The position numbers and the translations under genes are program-made. The notes under the pieces are model-generated. The model searched no databases. It was not told the origin of the DNA and worked only from the letters and a program-made list of their open reading frames with translations. Positions 61,345-64,000 of a stretch of DNA of 64,000 nt are shown here, piece after piece (positions within the stretch are counted from its first letter, which is position 1; each line of letters begins with the position of its first letter). Origin of the DNA: Octopus bimaculoides (Eukaryota). The stretch is taken from assembly GCF_001194135.2 (NCBI RefSeq), contig NC_068993.1, positions 1,280,070 through 1,344,069 on the forward strand, given 5' to 3'.

Positions 61345-61495
61345 GCTGAACTGGCAAAGTCGTTAGAACGTCAGGTAGTTTGCCTCACGCTGTTTCCTCT
61401 CAGTTCAAATTCCACTCAGGTCGCTTTTCTTTTTTATTTTTATCTTTTTTTCATTTCATTTTCAAGGATCGATAAAAGTACTGAGGTCGATTTTC
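61345..61495 (+). mobile_element. SINE family A copy
   Basis: gaactggcaaagtcgttagaacg...ctcagttcaaattccac.caggtcg...ggatcgataaaagtactgaggtcgat. Confidence 0.7.
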
Positions 61496-61532
61496 TCCCT
61501 TTTTCTCATCTATCTGTCTAACTATATATATA

Positions 61533-61620
61533 CTTTATTTAAAAGCAGCAGAAATATAACAAAAAAACCGTTACTCTGAGTTTCACGTTCCCGTTCATCG
61601 GACAAGTGCTTACTCCGGTG
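61533..61620 (-). mobile_element. ~90-bp Penelope-type terminal fragment carrying a minimal hammerhead and a poly(A) signal
   Basis: Minus strand 61605-61568: ttgt-CCGATGA-ACG-ggaa-CGT-GAA-ACTC-a-GAGT-A-acgg, then tttttgttatatttctgctgcttttAATAAA. Flanked by the direct repeat taactatatata (61519-61530 and 61621-61632). Confidence 0.6.
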
Positions 61621-61624
61621 TAAC

Positions 61625-61667
<43 letters not shown>

Positions 61668-63948
61668 AGGGACAGGGAGATTATACTACGTTGTAAGAAG
61701 GGGCGTAAAAAAATGATATTCCGCTGGAACCGTCCAAGAATGAAGAAAAAAGTTATTAAAAACAAGACAAAAATAAACAAGTTTAATGTGAGCAGCCTGT
61801 GGCCTCATATCCAAGATTTCCATTGAACATGGCATCATTATTTTCGGTGTATGTTCTTTTATCACCTCTGTTAGTCTTCATCCCTCTCTCGTATATAGAT
61901 CTTTTTTTCTTTTTCCTCTCCTCTTCATCATCATTTTTCTTCTATCAAAATCTAAATGTTCGCATTCTGATAAATAGAAATTATCTTTCTTTCGATAGAC
62001 TTTTAAGTGTTTTATTCATTTATCTATCTATCTATTTATTATATTTCAAATATTAAGTTTCAACTCTAACTACATATCTAGAATATCGACTTTGCAGAAC
62101 AATTATAGAAAACATTTTGTTTTGAGGGTGTGTACACACACACACACACACACATACATAGAAATATATATATGTATATATATANNNNNNNNNNNNNNNN
62201 NNNNNNNNNNNNNNNNNNNNNNNNNNNNNNNNNNNNNNNNNNNNNNNNNNNNNNNNNNNNNNNNNNNNNNNNNNNNNNNNNNNNNNNNNNNNNNNNNNNN
62301 NNNNNNNNNNNNNNNNNNNNNNNNNNNNNNNNNNNNNNNNNNNNNNNNNNNNNNNNNNNNNNNNNNNNNNNNNNNNNNNNNNNNNNNNNNNNNNNNNNNN
62401 NNNNNNNNNNNNNNNNNNNNNNNNNNNNNNNNNNNNNNNNNNNNNNNNNNNNNNNNNNNNNNNNNNNNNNNNNNNNNNNNNNNNNNNNNNNNNNNNNNNN
62501 NNNNNNNNNNNNNNNNNNNNNNNNNNNNNNNNNNNNNNNNNNNNNNNNNNNNNNNNNNNNNNNNNNNNNNNNNNNNNNNNNNNNNNNNNNNNNNNNNNNN
62601 NNNNNNNNNNNNNNNNNNNNNNNNNNNNNNNNNNNNNNNNNNNNNNNNNNNNNNNNNNNNNNNNNNNNNNNNNNNNNNNNNNNNNNNNNNNNNNNNNNNN
62701 NNNNNNNNNNNNNNNNNNNNNNNNNNNNNNNNNNNNNNNNNNNNNNNNNNNNNNNNNNNNNNNNNNNNNNNNNNNNNNNNNNNNNNNNNNNNNNNNNNNN
62801 NNNNNNNNNNNNNNNNNNNNNNNNNNNNNNNNNNNNNNNNNNNNNNNNNNNNNNNNNNNNNNNNNNNNNNNNNNNNNNNNNNNNNNNNATATAAACAAAT
62901 GGGGGAAACGGAAAATGGAATTCACGAAATTCTTTATTAATCACAGTGATCGTTTCGACCCATCTTGCATTGGTCCCTTGCGGGTAGGATACTATACAAC
63001 CGGTCGTGTTGCATCCTCCGGTGTAGATGTATCCCGTCAGGTGGGGTAGGTGGGTGAGTTGGTAGGCATGTAGGTGAAAAGGCGGGTAGCTAGATAGAAA
63101 GTAGGTAGGTACGTGGGTAAGTATTTCAAGAAGTTTATTATTAATCTATTTAATAATGATGTCCTTATTGGGTGCACAGAGTGTCATAGTAGCTGATGTC
63201 ACAATGTCATAAGAGTAGAATGTTACAATGTTACAATATCATAACTCATTTTTATAAAGTCTTCAGTTAAATTGTAAAATCTCAAATTTATTCGACATGT
63301 TATGACGGCGCTAAATAAAATTTCAACCGGATTTAAACCAGACCAATCCATGTCTTGGATGTCCCAGGTCATTCAAAGATTCACCTAGATATAATATGCA
63401 ACTATTTTTCTTCCCCCACCCCACAAATTCCTGGAATTTTACCAAACATAGGACACAAAAATACTCAACAAATATTCCTGTATTAATTATTTGGAGCAAT
63501 CACATAAGTTTATAAAGACGGATATAGTTAATATGAACGATTCAATCCCGTGAAGGTGGTGCCACAGCTTGGCCGCTGTCCAATGAGTGAAAGTACTAAA
63601 AGAATTCTGATTTTCTCTCAAACTTTCCAAACGTTGAACAGAAACAAACGTTTGGGAAAGGACCAAGCTTACTGTGCGCACCCCCACACTCGCACACGTC
63701 TGCACACGCATGCACACACGCACAACCACACACACACACACATGCACACACGCACCAACATTCATATGCACATACAAACACATATACCCTTAGACAGACA
63801 GACAGACAGACAGATAGACAGATAGATAGATAGATAGATAGATGCACACAGACATAATATAATGAAGCGAATGTGACATAATGACACTCCACCGTTTCTA
63901 GACATCATTTTACAAACGCACCAACTTACGTAATTCCTCTTCTCTCTG

Positions 63949-64000
<52 letters not shown>

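Noticed and set aside
62945-62995. Minus-strand GACC...GGTC-GAAAC-GATC hammerhead-like half
   Set aside because: The upstream box reads CCGCAAG rather than CUGANGA (three mismatches), so it is not supportable.

Overview
This is AT-rich, repeat-saturated animal genomic DNA from a gapped short-read scaffold, with 17 N-gaps, most of them next to microsatellites. The SINE families look like those of Octopus; I recognise them from memory and have not run a database search. No host protein-coding gene can be supported: almost every ORF in the supplied track is a translated microsatellite or an N-run, so the window is intergenic or lies in a large intron. It contains three recurrent SINE-like families (labelled A, B and C here), decayed LINE remnants (Jockey/CR1-like 3' ends, RTE, an R4/Dong-like restriction-like endonuclease fragment), two decayed Tc1/mariner elements, a fold-back MITE and several palindromic or tandem repeats. 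The most interesting signals are (i) four separate minimal hammerhead-ribozyme-like motifs of the Penelope type, one of them in a ~90-bp insert with a downstream AATAAA and flanking direct repeats; (ii) a Penelope GIY-YIG tail present as a diverged inverted duplication; and (iii) a ~540-bp element embedded in (TAA)n directly beside an R4/Dong-like endonuclease remnant. A few + strand candidate exons with good splice signals are reported at low confidence.
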